Positions 45,716 to 56,665 are shown, counted from the stretch's first letter. The stretch is DNA of 64,000 nt from an uncultured Candidatus Saccharibacteria bacterium (GCA_964445905.1 CAYUNN010000003.1:69312-133311), one strand, 5' to 3'. Translations and numbers: made by a program. Notes: generated by a model from the sequence alone, not told the origin.

Positions 45716-46157
45716 AAAATTAATAATTGTTGCCTGTGGAAAACTTAGGGAAAACTTAGAGGATAATTTTCCCTTGACTTATTTTCTGAAATATAATAAA
45801 TTGCTTACTACAAAGGTTAATTACATAAGATTGGAGGGATTGAACAGTGTGATCAATTTATCTTATTATTTGTTAAAATTTAATATTGAAAAAGGGAGTG
45901 TTGGTTCGCTATTGTGTGCGAATTTTTGTTTTCTTGATCTTTAGATAAAGCGTGAGCTTTGTCTTTTTATTTTTTAGAAGGACAAAGCTTGGACTTTATA
46001 TGTCCAAAAGATTAAAAAATTAAAGGTCGATAGAAGGGTAATTCTCTCTAGATTCTTTAGGGGGAGACGAGCGCTTAGGTCACGAAGAGACCTAGGGCAA
46101 AATTACTCTTTGAAAATGTAAAAAAGGTTAAAAATAATTATTAAATCTTTAATATAT

Positions 46158-47472
46158 ATGAACAAAAAAATTATATTAAGTTTAAGCGTAATTGGTATCG
46201 TTGCAGCTATCGTTGTTGGCGGAACCGTTGCTTACTTCAGTGATACTGAAGTTAGCGAAGGCAATATCTTTACTGCCGGGACAATCAGTTACGCACTGGG
46301 TTGATGTTGAGAATAAAAGCTCTGAAATTCAGCCAATAGGAGTTGAGGTGATTGATTATTCTTCCTGTATTAGCGATTGTTTTTCCGAACAATTAGAATT
46401 AACAATTAGCAATGGTTCAGCAAGCTATACAGCATCTTTAGATGAATTCTTTACTGCGGGAAATATAAAACTTTCTGATTTAGCGGCTGGAAATACAACG
46501 AGATACTACTTTACTGTAACTTTCCTGCCAGAGTCCGGTAATAAATATCAGGAAAAAACAGTTAATTTTGATTTTAAGATTGGATCCCTGGGCAAAGAAT
46601 CTATTGGCGGTGAAATGGGCGGAGGAGAAACAGGTAATGGAGAAACAAGCGGAGACGGGGGTGGAGGATTCTTCATAACCGGTTTAACGATTTTTGAAGA
46701 AGCAGCTTCAGGCGTTGAAGAAAATGAAGTAATTATCAGTTGGAGAACAAATAAGTTTGCAACTAGCAGGGTAATTTATTCTTCAGAAAATCAATCTCAC
46801 ACTTTATTATTAGATAGTCCGCCGAATTATGGTTATTATGACTCAACTGAAGAAGATTCAACACCTAAAACAGTTCATCAAATGACTATTAGCGGATTAG
46901 AGCCAGAAACAACTTATTATTTTAGATGTGTTTCCCGGGGCTCTTTGGCGGTTAGCAAAGAACTTAGTTTTACTACTTCAAAGGCGGGAGACGAGAAAAT
47001 TGTTTTTCAGCCAATAGATTTTGAATCACCTTCAAGTCCTGATAGCCCTTCAAGTCCTGATAGTCCATCATCGATTTCTGGTATTTACGGTCAAGGAACT
47101 GGAGAAGAGGGCGATTCGGAAGAGGAGCTATCATTAGAAGAATATGAGGGTGTTGACGAAAAAGATGAAGGGTTTGGTAGCGCATTTTTAGCAACAATCG
47201 GTAAATTTTTTAACTCTGATAATTTCTGCTGGATTTTCTTTCTTCTTATAGTGGTATTAGTTATCGTATCTCTTATGTCAGAAAAGAAAGCTAAGGGAAA
47301 GAAAAAATGGATTCTGCTCCTTGTTATCATTTTAATGATCATTGCATATTATTTTTTATGCGGTTTTCTTTATTGGATTTTTATTATTGCCGCGATTACT
47401 TTGTTTATCTATCCTTTTATTAGAAAAGCAAAACTTTTAATTAAAAAAATAAAAAACAGAGAAAATCAGTAA
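46158..47472 (+). pseudogene. TasA/camelysin-like (SipW-cognate signal) FN3-domain surface protein with a +1 frameshift near 46285-46300
   Basis: The ATG at 46158 gives MNKKIILSLSVIGIVAAIVVGGTVAYFSDTEVSEGNIFTAGT... (TasA/CalY-type N-terminus), ending at an in-frame TGA at 46302-46304. The protein continues in the +1 frame (track ORF 46192..47472). The +1-frame body carries the FN3-like VIISWRTNKFATSRVIYSS...YYFRCVS, SPSSPDSPSSPDSPSS repeats and C-terminal TM helices. Confidence 0.5.
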
Positions 47473-47577
47473 AGAAAATTAAAATTCAAGGTATTTAGAA
47501 TGCTTTACAGCATTTTTTTATTTGTTTTTTTTATTTTAATAATTTATAATTAAGTAATAATTAATAATAATTATTTT

Positions 47578-47955
47578 ATGGAAAAGAAAACTAAAATTTT
47601 AATGATTGAAGACGATCCCTTTTTCGGCAGACTATGCAGCAAGGCTTTGGAAGATGAAGGATATGATGTAGAAATAGCTCCTGACGGAGAAACAGGTTTA
47701 AATATAATAGAAAGGGTAGATCCTGATTTAATCCTTTTAGATATTATTCTTCCCAGAATGAATGGTTTTGAAGTATTGAAGAATATAAGGGAACATGAGA
47801 ATGAAAAAGTGGCTAATAAGAAAGTTATTATTTTGTCTAATCTTTACGCTAAAGAAGAAGAAGAGAAAGGAGAGAAATTAAGAGCCCAGGATTATTTAAT
47901 TAAAGCTAATGTTACTTCCGATGATTTATTAGAAAAAATTAAAAAAGTTCTGTAG
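47578..47955 (+). CDS. Single-domain response regulator (receiver)
   Basis: ILMIEDDPFF...DLILLDIILPRMNGFEV... Confidence 0.75.
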   Translation: MEKKTKILMIEDDPFFGRLCSKALEDEGYDVEIAPDGETGLNIIERVDPDLILLDIILPRMNGFEVLKNIREHENEKVANKKVIILSNLYAKEEEEKGEKLRAQDYLIKANVTSDDLLEKIKKVL

Positions 47956-48020
47956 TTTTTTCAAAAAAAGAAAGCTCTTAACCCGGATAAAATTATCCGG
48001 GTTTTGTGTTAAAATGAAAG

Positions 48021-48884
48021 ATGATTTTGAAATTCTTAAAAAGAATTGCTCCTTTTATCTTGGGGGTTTTATTATTGGCTAACATTCTAGCTTGGCTTAC
48101 CGTTTATGAATTATCTCAACCTCAAATTCTTAAGATTTCTTTTTTTGATGTAGGCCAGGGAGACAGTATTTTTATCCAAACTCCTCAGGGCCACCAAGTT
48201 TTAATTGATGGGGGTCCTGATTCTACTGTTTTAGAAAAATTAGGCCAAGAGATGCCTTTTTGGGATAGAGATATTGATTTAATAATCCTTACCCATCCTG
48301 ACCATGATCATATCGCCGGGCTAATAGAAGTATTAAAGGTTTACGAAGTAGATAATATTTTATGGACGGGCGTCGCGGGGAATACCCAGCAATACGGAGA
48401 ATGGGAAAGGTGTCTTGAAGAGGAAAATGCTAGTATAATAATAGCTGAAAGCGGTCAAAAGATTATAATGGGAGATGTTTATTTTGAAGTGATTTATCCT
48501 TTTGAAAACTTAGAAGGAGAAGAAGTTAAAAACATTAATGATACTTCTGTCGTCGGCCGCCTGGTTTTTAAAAACAATTCTTTCTTTTTCACCGGGGATA
48601 TTTCTAAATCGGCAGAGAGGAAGATTGTTGAGAGCGGAGCTGAAATAAAATCAGACGTGTTAAAAGTAAGCCACCATGGGAGTAAAACATCTACTGCCGA
48701 AGAATTTGTTTTTAGTGTTTCTCCCGACTTAGCAGTTATCCAGGTAGGCAGAGATAACTCCTATGGGCATCCTTATCAGGAAGTCTTGGATACTTTAGAT
48801 AATTATGGTATAAAAATCCTAAGGACTGATATCCATGGAGACATTGAAATTTTAAGTGACGGTTTAAATTATGTTATAAAGTAA
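48021..48884 (+). CDS. ComEC/Rec2-related metallo-beta-lactamase-fold protein (membrane-anchored)
   Basis: N-terminal TM, then ISFFDVGQGDSIFIQTP...ILTHPDHDHIAGL (HxHxDH), as in the ComEC C-terminal MBL domain. Confidence 0.65.
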   Translation: MILKFLKRIAPFILGVLLLANILAWLTVYELSQPQILKISFFDVGQGDSIFIQTPQGHQVLIDGGPDSTVLEKLGQEMPFWDRDIDLIILTHPDHDHIAGLIEVLKVYEVDNILWTGVAGNTQQYGEWERCLEEENASIIIAESGQKIIMGDVYFEVIYPFENLEGEEVKNINDTSVVGRLVFKNNSFFFTGDISKSAERKIVESGAEIKSDVLKVSHHGSKTSTAEEFVFSVSPDLAVIQVGRDNSYGHPYQEVLDTLDNYGIKILRTDIHGDIEILSDGLNYVIK

Positions 48885-48902
48885 TTTTTTTATTTTAAAA
48901 CT

Positions 48903-49964
48903 ATGGAATTTCCAATTTTTAAGACAAAAATGGAGGGTGTGGATAAAAGTTTTGATTTAACTAATCCGCAAGAACGAAAAGAATATTTTGAACTCAAAAC
49001 AGGGCCTGAGATAAAAAAGATTAAGAAATATTTAGAGAACAACAGTTTTATTGTTTACTTGTTAGGGAAAAAGAATTCTGGCAAGGGGACTTATGCGAAG
49101 ATGTTCGGTGAGATTGTTGGCTCTGATAAGGTTGCTCATGTCTCAATTGGAGATGTTGTAAGAGAAGTTCATGAAAATATTCTTTCCAGCGAAGAAGAAA
49201 AAGAAAAAATAGTGGGTTGGCTTAGAGAAAACTACAGAGGATATCTGTCAATGGATGAAATTATAAATTCTCTGTTAAATAGAAGTACAAAAACTCTGTT
49301 GCCCACAGAGTTTATTTTAGCTCTAGTTAAAAGAGAAATAGACAAGATGCCCAAGAAGTCTCTTTTTATTGATGGGTTTCCAAGAGATCTAGATCAAATA
49401 TCTTATTCCTTATTTTTTAGAGATTTAATTGATCACAGAAAAGATCCGGATATTTTTGTTTTAATCAGTGTTCCTGAAAATGTAATTAATGAAAGGATAA
49501 AGTGGAGAAGAATTTGCCCTTCTTGTAAGACCTCCAGGAACTTGAAGCTTCTTCCTACATCAAAGGTAGGACATAAAGAAGATAGATTTTATTTAATTTG
49601 CGATAATCCGGAATGTGAGAGCAAGAGAATGATAGCCAAAGAAGGGGATGAACAAGGGATAGGTCCGATAAGAGCTCGCTTAGACAAAGACGAAGAATTA
49701 ATTAAAAAAGCCATCTCTTTGCATGGCATTCCTAAAATTCTTTTAAGAAATTCAGTTTCGGTGGAAAAAGCAAATGAATGTATTGATGATTACGAAATTA
49801 CTCCAGAATATAGTTATAATTTAAAAGAAAATGGAGAAATAGAGATTATTAAAAAACCTTGGGAGATAGATAATGATCAAGGCATTCCTTCTTATAGCTT
49901 AATGCCTCCTCCTGTTGTTGTTTCAATGATAAAACAAATGGTAGAAGCGCTTAGAATTGACTGA
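48903..49964 (+). CDS. Adenylate-kinase-family protein with N-terminal extension and Zn-LID
   Basis: P-loop GKKNSGKGTYA, H.S.GD..R motif (HVSIGDVVRE), LIDGFPR motif, and a LID with CPSCKTS...CDNPEC. Confidence 0.55.
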   Translation: MEFPIFKTKMEGVDKSFDLTNPQERKEYFELKTGPEIKKIKKYLENNSFIVYLLGKKNSGKGTYAKMFGEIVGSDKVAHVSIGDVVREVHENILSSEEEKEKIVGWLRENYRGYLSMDEIINSLLNRSTKTLLPTEFILALVKREIDKMPKKSLFIDGFPRDLDQISYSLFFRDLIDHRKDPDIFVLISVPENVINERIKWRRICPSCKTSRNLKLLPTSKVGHKEDRFYLICDNPECESKRMIAKEGDEQGIGPIRARLDKDEELIKKAISLHGIPKILLRNSVSVEKANECIDDYEITPEYSYNLKENGEIEIIKKPWEIDNDQGIPSYSLMPPPVVVSMIKQMVEALRID

Positions 49965-50158
49965 TTTTTAGCTTGACTAGGGCGGCAGATAAGATAAAAT
50001 AGCATATAGCCCTACTGAAGTCTTCTAGTTAAATTCTGGGAACAAAATTATTCAGAGGGAGTCTAATATTTTCTTAGTCTGTGGACTAAGAGTGCGGACA
50101 CCCACTTGGATTCTTTTTCCAGAAAACTTCAGGAAGATAAAAGTAGGGCCTTGAATTT

Positions 50159-50178
50159 ACCCTTCTTTGAAGAAGGGT
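50159..50178. terminator. Perfect hairpin between convergent genes (acccttctt-tga-agaagggt)
   Basis: 9-bp stem directly abutting the minus-strand stop at 50180. Confidence 0.35.
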
Positions 50179-50179
50179 T

Positions 50180-51199
50180 TTAACGTAATTCTTTTAGTTC
50201 TTCTATAATGCTTTTCCAATCTAATGTTGTTGAATCAACTACATTCCAGAGGGTATATCTTTCCGGTCTTATTTCAGAAGCTTCTTTTAACCAATCCGGG
50301 TTAAACCTCCCATCTTTCAAGGGTTCTATTGCAAAATTGAGAACATTTTCTTTTTTCATTCCTTGAACTATTAAATCAAATATTTTCTTGGAATCAAATC
50401 TTAATTCTGGAAACTTCTCTGAGAACATTGAATAAATCTTTGCCGATATCAATGTTCCTGTTCCTGCCAATTGACCATGAAGATAAGTGTTTTGAAAGTT
50501 TTCTTCTAATAATCTTTCAAGTATGTGCTCCGAACCCGAGCAGTACCTTGATGTTTCTTCCATGGCCAGACCGGACAAAATTAAAGCATGGGCAAAATGC
50601 CTTTCTGTTTCAAAATTTACAAGTTTTGTTGCTTCAAAACTAAGATATTTGTATAAGCAGCTGAATTTCTCTCCTTTTTTCTCTGACAAGCTTAAGTCTT
50701 GAAGAGCAATATAATTTGAAAGAAGATCGCAGATTCCTGATTTTCTTAAATTACCCGAGTTTCTCCAGAGGTTTAAAGGAATAATTAATTCTTTTGGATA
50801 AACAGCCGGAATTGTTTTTCTCCTGTTCTCATTGTCATAAAGAGAACAGTTTTTTGAGATAAGGCCGTCATGAGAAGGGGCGGTAGGAAATGATATTAAT
50901 CTTATATCCAAATCGGCTGCTATTTTTTTTCCAACATCAATTGCTTTTCCTCCACCGATAGCAACAACCTCTTTTGCTCTTATATCTTTCATCTCTTCTT
51001 TTATAGTTTCTACGGTGTCAAGACTTGCTTTTTCTACTACGTGAAAAAAAAGAAACCCTGCGTCCTGTAGCAGGTTTCTGGTAAATTCGTTGTCGTTGGT
51101 AATAATTTCTTTTCTTCTTATTCTGTTAAGAGCTTTTTTCTCATTCTCGAAGAATCTTAGTTTTATTCCTCTTTGTCTGAGAAGTTTATTTATTCTCAT
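50180..51199 (-). CDS. sn-Glycerol-1-phosphate dehydrogenase-like (EgsA/AraM; DHQS-like superfamily)
   Basis: VVAIGGGKAIDVGKKIAADLDIRLISFPTAPSHDGLIS closely parallels the archaeal EgsA GGGKSIDVAK...PFISVPTSASHDGIAS. Confidence 0.6.
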   Translation of the reverse strand: MRINKLLRQRGIKLRFFENEKKALNRIRRKEIITNDNEFTRNLLQDAGFLFFHVVEKASLDTVETIKEEMKDIRAKEVVAIGGGKAIDVGKKIAADLDIRLISFPTAPSHDGLISKNCSLYDNENRRKTIPAVYPKELIIPLNLWRNSGNLRKSGICDLLSNYIALQDLSLSEKKGEKFSCLYKYLSFEATKLVNFETERHFAHALILSGLAMEETSRYCSGSEHILERLLEENFQNTYLHGQLAGTGTLISAKIYSMFSEKFPELRFDSKKIFDLIVQGMKKENVLNFAIEPLKDGRFNPDWLKEASEIRPERYTLWNVVDSTTLDWKSIIEELKELR

Positions 51200-51206
51200 A
51201 AATAAG

Positions 51207-51280
51207 TCGGGGCACTGGGATTTGAACCCAGAATCTTACGCACCCCATGCGCAAATGTTAGCCAATTACACCATGCCCCG
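51207..51280 (-). tRNA. tRNA-Pro (anticodon GGG)
   Basis: Reverse complement CGGGGCATGGTGTAATTGGCTAACATTTGCGCATGGGGTGCGTAAGATTCTGGGTTCAAATCCCAGTGCCCCG. 7-bp acceptor stem, T-loop GTTCAAATCC, anticodon loop AT-GGG-GT. Confidence 0.85.
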
Positions 51281-51283
51281 TTT

Positions 51284-51475
51284 TTACTTCTTTTCTTTAG
51301 ATTGAGCTTTAATGCACTTAGCACAAGCTTTTATTCTTTTACCATCAGAAAGCTTAGTCCATTGCAAGTTGGGATGTTTTCTTTTTTTAGAAGTTGGATT
51401 ATATCTTCCACGGAGTTTCTTTCTTTTCTGAACGACAACTCCTTTTTTTCCACATATTTGACATTCTCTACTCAT
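51284..51475 (-). CDS. rpmB: 50S ribosomal protein L28
   Basis: MSRECQICGKKGVV...HPNLQ...matches the L28 N-terminus (E. coli MSRVCQVTGKRP...). The start is taken at the internal Met of the track ORF. Confidence 0.85.
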   Translation of the reverse strand: MSRECQICGKKGVVVQKRKKLRGRYNPTSKKRKHPNLQWTKLSDGKRIKACAKCIKAQSKEKK

Positions 51476-51559
51476 ATTTAACAATATATATGTTTTTAGA
51501 AAATTTGGCAAGGGTTAAAATTTTTGCTATTATTCTAAGATACTGTTAATAATAAAAAA

Positions 51560-52174
51560 ATGACTTATATATTTTTAATAGTTATTCTTATTTTTTCAAT
51601 TATAATTCATGAAATTGCTCATGGGGCAGCAGCTTTTCATTTAGGAGATCCCACTGCAAAGATGATGGGAAGGTTAAGCTTGAATCCTATTAAGCATTTA
51701 GATCCTATTGGATCAGTAATTGTTCCGCTTTTTCTTGTTATAGTTCAAAGTCCTATCCTAATTGGTTGGGCTAAACCTGTTCCTGTTAATCCTGCTAATT
51801 TTAGAGATCAGAAATATGGAGATGCTAAAGTTTCTTTGGCTGGTCCAGGAGTGAATATTTTAATTGCTTTGATATTTGGATTAATTTTGAGATTTACTTT
51901 TGGTTTTGGCAACCCTGAAGTTTATGTAATATTTAGCTATGTTGTTCTTATTAACTTAATTTTAGCAGTATTTAATTTAATACCAATTCCTCCTTTAGAC
52001 GGTTCTCATATTTTGTTTACTTTTCTGCCTGACTCCATGAATGAATTTAAAATATTTCTTCAGAGGTACAGTTTGTTTATTCTAATATTTTTTATATTCT
52101 TTTTTCTTCAGTTCCTGTTCCCTTTGATTACTTTCATTTATAAATTAATTGTCGGCGCTTCTCTTTCTTTTTAG
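51560..52174 (+). CDS. Site-2 protease family (M50) zinc metalloprotease
   Basis: HEIAHG (HExxH) in TM1 and NLIPIPPLDGSHIL (LDG motif). Polytopic. Confidence 0.75.
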   Translation: MTYIFLIVILIFSIIIHEIAHGAAAFHLGDPTAKMMGRLSLNPIKHLDPIGSVIVPLFLVIVQSPILIGWAKPVPVNPANFRDQKYGDAKVSLAGPGVNILIALIFGLILRFTFGFGNPEVYVIFSYVVLINLILAVFNLIPIPPLDGSHILFTFLPDSMNEFKIFLQRYSLFILIFFIFFFLQFLFPLITFIYKLIVGASLSF

Positions 52175-52267
52175 AAAATAATTCTTTATAAAACTATTGA
52201 CACAAATTGATTTATTTGTTAGTTTTAACTGCGAGCGCAGAGCGCTTGTTAATTTTTAAATATCATT

Positions 52268-52681
52268 ATGCCCACCATTCATCAATTAATTAAAAAAGGA
52301 AGAAAAGAAAAAAAGGCCGTTAAGAAAAGCCGGGCTTTGAAGTTTGGTTTTAATTCTTTAAAGAATAGGCCATCAGGATATCTAGCTCCTTTTAAAAGAG
52401 GAGTGGTTACTAAAATTTCTACAGTAACTCCAAAGAAACCTAACTCTGCCTTAAGAAAAGTTGCTCGAGTAAGACTAAGTAATGGAAAGGAAGTTTCTGC
52501 CTATATTCCTGGTGAGGGACATAACTTGCAAGAACATTCAGTAATTTTAATCAGAGGCGGAAGAGTCAAAGATTTACCAGGAGTAAGATATCATGTGGTA
52601 AGAGGGGTTTTGGATACAGGAGGCGTAGAAGGCCGAAAAAACGAAAGATCAAAATATGGAGCTAAGAAACCTAAATCATAA
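52268..52681 (+). CDS. rpsL: 30S ribosomal protein S12
   Basis: [12 protein letters not shown]...[16 protein letters not shown]... Confidence 0.95.
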   Translation: MPTIHQLIKKGRKEKKAVKKSRALKFGFNSLKNRPSGYLAPFKRGVVTKISTVTPKKPNSALRKVARVRLSNGKEVSAYIPGEGHNLQEHSVILIRGGRVKDLPGVRYHVVRGVLDTGGVEGRKNERSKYGAKKPKS

Positions 52682-52683
52682 TT

Positions 52684-53145
52684 ATGGCAAAAAAGAAAAA
52701 AATACCAATTTTACCGGATCCCATTTATGACAGTGTTGTTATTGCTAAGTTTATAAACCAGATAATGGAAAGAGGCAAGAAAACAGTTGCTGAAAGGATT
52801 GTTCACGAGGCCTTCGATGAAATAAAGATAAAAACAAAAAGAGACCCTGTTGAAGTTTTTGAACAGGCGATGCAAAATGCTTCCCCTTCTCTCGAGGTTA
52901 GGTCAAAGAGAGTAGGAGGAGCGACCTATCAGGTTCCTGTTCCCGTAGGAAAAGAAAGAAAATTAACCTTGGCCATGCGTTGGATAATTGGAGAGGCAAG
53001 AAAAAGAAAAGGAGAAAATATGGGGAAGAAGCTAGCTAAAGAATTGATGGAAGCATCAGAAAATACCGGCAAGGCAATTAAAAAGAAAAACGATGTCCAT
53101 CGAATGGCCGAAGCTAATCGTGCTTTTGCCCATTTTGCTTGGTAG
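52684..53145 (+). CDS. rpsG: 30S ribosomal protein S7
   Basis: Conserved S7 sequence. Follows rpsL. Confidence 0.93.
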   Translation: MAKKKKIPILPDPIYDSVVIAKFINQIMERGKKTVAERIVHEAFDEIKIKTKRDPVEVFEQAMQNASPSLEVRSKRVGGATYQVPVPVGKERKLTLAMRWIIGEARKRKGENMGKKLAKELMEASENTGKAIKKKNDVHRMAEANRAFAHFAW

Positions 53146-53196
53146 GAATTAACTATTAACCCTTTTTTAAAACGGAGGGAATTTATTATTTAAATT

Positions 53197-55302
53197 ATGT
53201 TAAGAGAATATCCCATAGAAAAATACAGAGACATTGGAATTATTGCCCACATTGACGCTGGGAAAACAACAGTTTCTGAGCGAGTTTTGTTTTATACGGG
53301 AATTTCTCATAAGATTGGAGAGGTTCATGAGGGAGGGGCTATTATGGACTGGATGGTGCAAGAAAGAGAGAGAGGAATTACTATTACTTCTGCAGCTACT
53401 ACCTGTTTTTGGACTCCCGGAGCAACACAAAGAGTTAAGGGTCAGGAGTACAGAATAAATATTATTGATACTCCCGGACATATTGATTTTACTGTAGAAG
53501 TTCAGAGATCTTTGAGGGTTTTGGATGGAGCGGTAGTTGTTTTTGACGGAGTAGCGGGAGTGGAACCTCAGTCGGAAACTGTTTGGCGTCAGGCGGACAA
53601 ATTTTTAGTTCCCAGAATATGTTTTATTAATAAAATGGATCGAATGGGGGCTAATTTTGAAAAAAGTTTAAATTCAATTCATCAAAAATTAACAGATAAG
53701 GCAGTAGCCTTGCAATTGCCTATTGGAGAAGAAGAAAACTTTGAAGGAGTGATTGATTTGATAAAAATGAAAGCAATAAAATTCAAAGGTGATTTTGGAG
53801 AAAATTTAGTAGAAGAGGAAATTCCTAGTGACTTAAAGGGCGTGGCAGAAGAATGGAGAAAAAATATGCTTGAAAAAGTGGTAGCAGAAGACGGAGCTTT
53901 ACTTGAAAAATATTTAGCCGGAGAGGAAGTGCCTGAGCAGGACTTTAAATTAGCACTAAGAAAAGCTGTTTGTGATTATAAGCTGGTTCCTGTTCTCCTG
54001 GGTACTGCTTTGAAAAATAAAGGAATTCAGCCTTTGCTAGATGCTGTTTGCGAATACCTTCCTTCTCCTCTTGATTTACCTCCGGTAAAAGGAGTAGACC
54101 CACAAAGCGGAGAAGAAATTATGAGAGAACCAAGCGATTCCGAACCTTTTGCTGCCCTGGCTTTTAAGGTTGCTACAGATCCTTTTATGGGGACTCTTAC
54201 TTATTTCCGAGTTTATTCTGGAATTTTAAATAAAGGCTCTTATGTTTTAAACACAGCCACAGGAGAAAGAGAAAGAATCAGTCGATTAGTTTTAATGCAT
54301 TCTCATGACAGAGAAGAAGTAGATACTCTTTATGCTGGAGATATTGCTGCAACGGTAGGATTGAAAAAAACTTCTACTGGCAATACTTTATGCGACTTAG
54401 ATCGCCCAGTCGTTTTAGAAAATATTACTTTTCCAGAACCAGTAATTTCTATCAGGGTTGAGCCGAAGACTAAAGCAGATCAGGAAAAAATGGGGCTAGC
54501 TCTTAAAAAATTAGCCGATGAAGATCCTACCTTTAAGGTAAGGACAGACGAGGATACGGGCGAAACAATAATTTCTGGGATGGGAGAATTACACCTTGAA
54601 ATTATTACAGACCGTCTTAAAAGAGAATTTAATGTTGAAGCAAATATTGGCAGGCCCCAGGTAGCTTATAGAGAAACGATCAAGAAAGAAGCTGAAGCTG
54701 AAGGCAAGTATGTCAAGCAGTCAGGAGGAAGAGGTCAGTACGGACATGTCTATATCAGAGTTAAACCTAAAGAGAGAGGAGAAGGATATGGATTTAATGA
54801 TGAAATAAAAGGAGGAGTTATTCCCAAGGAGTTTATTTCGTCAATAGAAAAAGGAGTAAAAGAAGCTATGAGCAAGGGAGTATTAGCTGGCTATAACATG
54901 GTAGATATGGAAATTTCTTTGTTTGATGGTTCTTATCATGAAGTTGATTCTTCAGAGGCAGCTTTTAAAATAGCTGGTTCTATCGCTCTTCAGTCAGCAG
55001 TAAAGAGAGCCGATCCTGTATTGCTTGAGCCAACAATGAAATTAGCTATTACTATTCCTGCTGAGTTTTTTGGTGATGTAATAGGAGATTTGAGTTCCAG
55101 AAGAGCAAAGGTTGAAGAGACAGAAGACAGAGACAATGCTAAAATTATTAACGCTAAAACTCCTCTGTCTGGAATGTTTGGCTATGCTACTGATTTAAGG
55201 TCTTTGACGCAGGGAAGAGGTACCTTTACTATGGAGTTTAGCCATTACGAGGAAGTTCCTCGTAATATTGCTCAGGAGATTATTGAAGGAAGAAGAAGAT
55301 AG
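53197..55302 (+). CDS. fusA: Elongation factor G
   Basis: [21 protein letters not shown]. 701 aa. Confidence 0.95.
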   Translation: MLREYPIEKYRDIGIIAHIDAGKTTVSERVLFYTGISHKIGEVHEGGAIMDWMVQERERGITITSAATTCFWTPGATQRVKGQEYRINIIDTPGHIDFTVEVQRSLRVLDGAVVVFDGVAGVEPQSETVWRQADKFLVPRICFINKMDRMGANFEKSLNSIHQKLTDKAVALQLPIGEEENFEGVIDLIKMKAIKFKGDFGENLVEEEIPSDLKGVAEEWRKNMLEKVVAEDGALLEKYLAGEEVPEQDFKLALRKAVCDYKLVPVLLGTALKNKGIQPLLDAVCEYLPSPLDLPPVKGVDPQSGEEIMREPSDSEPFAALAFKVATDPFMGTLTYFRVYSGILNKGSYVLNTATGERERISRLVLMHSHDREEVDTLYAGDIAATVGLKKTSTGNTLCDLDRPVVLENITFPEPVISIRVEPKTKADQEKMGLALKKLADEDPTFKVRTDEDTGETIISGMGELHLEIITDRLKREFNVEANIGRPQVAYRETIKKEAEAEGKYVKQSGGRGQYGHVYIRVKPKERGEGYGFNDEIKGGVIPKEFISSIEKGVKEAMSKGVLAGYNMVDMEISLFDGSYHEVDSSEAAFKIAGSIALQSAVKRADPVLLEPTMKLAITIPAEFFGDVIGDLSSRRAKVEETEDRDNAKIINAKTPLSGMFGYATDLRSLTQGRGTFTMEFSHYEEVPRNIAQEIIEGRRR

Positions 55303-55304
55303 TG

Positions 55305-55332
55305 TTGACAAAAATTTTGAAATAGATAAAAT
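55305..55332 (+). promoter_or_regulatory. Candidate internal promoter for tuf (TTGACA-N16-TAAAAT)
   Basis: ttgaca at 55305-55310 and taaaat at 55327-55332, in the 146-nt fusA-tuf spacer. Confidence 0.35.
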
Positions 55333-55448
55333 AATTAAGTATAATAAAGATTACATTATAAAATAAATAATAATTAAGTAATGGACACTAAATAGTGAAC
55401 GCTGAACAATTTTTTGTTATTGTTCGTTATTCTTTGTCCTCTAATATT

Positions 55449-56648
55449 ATGGCAGAAAAAGAAAAATTTGAGAGAGGGAAACCTCACTTAAACATAGGGA
55501 CCATCGGTCACGTAGATCATGGCAAAACTGCTCTTACAGCCGCCATTCTTCATGTCCTTAATAAGAAAGGATTTAATGTAACAGAAAAAGCAGTTGATCA
55601 GATTGATTCTGCTCCTGAAGAAAGGGCCAGAGGGCTAACTATTAATATTGCTCACGTTGAATACGAAACAGAGAACAGGCACTATGCTCATATTGATTGT
55701 CCCGGACACGCTGATTATGTTAAGAACATGATTACAGGTGCCGCACAGATGGACGGTGCTATTCTTGTTGTTTCTGCTCCCGATGGGCCAATGCCTCAGA
55801 CAAGAGAGCATATTTTATTGGCTCGTCAGGTTGGTTTGCCTTCTTTAGTTGTTTTCTTGAACAAGGTTGACTTAGTTGACGATCCGGAAATTATTGAATT
55901 AGTTGAATCAGAAGTAAGGGAGCTTTTAAAGAAATATGAATATCCAGGAGACGAGATTCCAGTAATTAGAGGTTCGGCTGTAGAAGCTGCAAAAACAGAA
56001 TCTGCAGACGATGAAGCAGCTAAACCTATTTTAGAATTAGCAAAAGCTCTGGACGAATATATTCCTGCTCCGAAAAGAGAAACCGATAAACCGTTCCTTA
56101 TGTCTGTAGAAGATGTCTTTACTATTGAAGGAAGAGGGACTGTTCCAACAGGAAGAGTTGAAAGAGGAGTTATTAAGCCAGGAGAAGAAATCGAAATAGT
56201 TGGTTTAAGAGATACTCATAAAACCGTCGTTGTCAGCGTTGAGATGTTTAATAAAACTTTGGATGAAGGACAGGCTGGTGATAATGTAGGTATCCTTTTA
56301 AGAGGGATTAAGAAAGAAGAAATTGAGAGAGGTCAGGTTTTAGCTAAACCAGGTTCAATTACTCCTCATACTGATTTTGAGGCAGAGGTTTATGTTCTAA
56401 CTAAAGAAGAAGGTGGTCGTCATACCCCTTTCTTTACTGGTTATAAACCCCAGTTCTTTATCAGAACAACTGATGTTACTGGAGATGTAATTTTACCCGA
56501 AGGAACTGAAATGGTTATGCCTGGCGATACTACGAATGTTCAAGTTAAATTAATTGCTCCAGTTGCCCTTGAGGAACAGCAAAGATTTGCTATTAGGGAA
56601 GGAGGTAAGACTGTTGGAGCAGGTGTTATTACGAAGATAATAAAATAA
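55449..56648 (+). CDS. tuf: Elongation factor Tu
   Basis: [30 protein letters not shown]...; the start is taken at the internal Met (the track ORF begins 18 codons earlier). Confidence 0.95.
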   Translation: MAEKEKFERGKPHLNIGTIGHVDHGKTALTAAILHVLNKKGFNVTEKAVDQIDSAPEERARGLTINIAHVEYETENRHYAHIDCPGHADYVKNMITGAAQMDGAILVVSAPDGPMPQTREHILLARQVGLPSLVVFLNKVDLVDDPEIIELVESEVRELLKKYEYPGDEIPVIRGSAVEAAKTESADDEAAKPILELAKALDEYIPAPKRETDKPFLMSVEDVFTIEGRGTVPTGRVERGVIKPGEEIEIVGLRDTHKTVVVSVEMFNKTLDEGQAGDNVGILLRGIKKEEIERGQVLAKPGSITPHTDFEAEVYVLTKEEGGRHTPFFTGYKPQFFIRTTDVTGDVILPEGTEMVMPGDTTNVQVKLIAPVALEEQQRFAIREGGKTVGAGVITKIIK

Positions 56649-56665
56649 AGGGAAAATTTAGCGAG

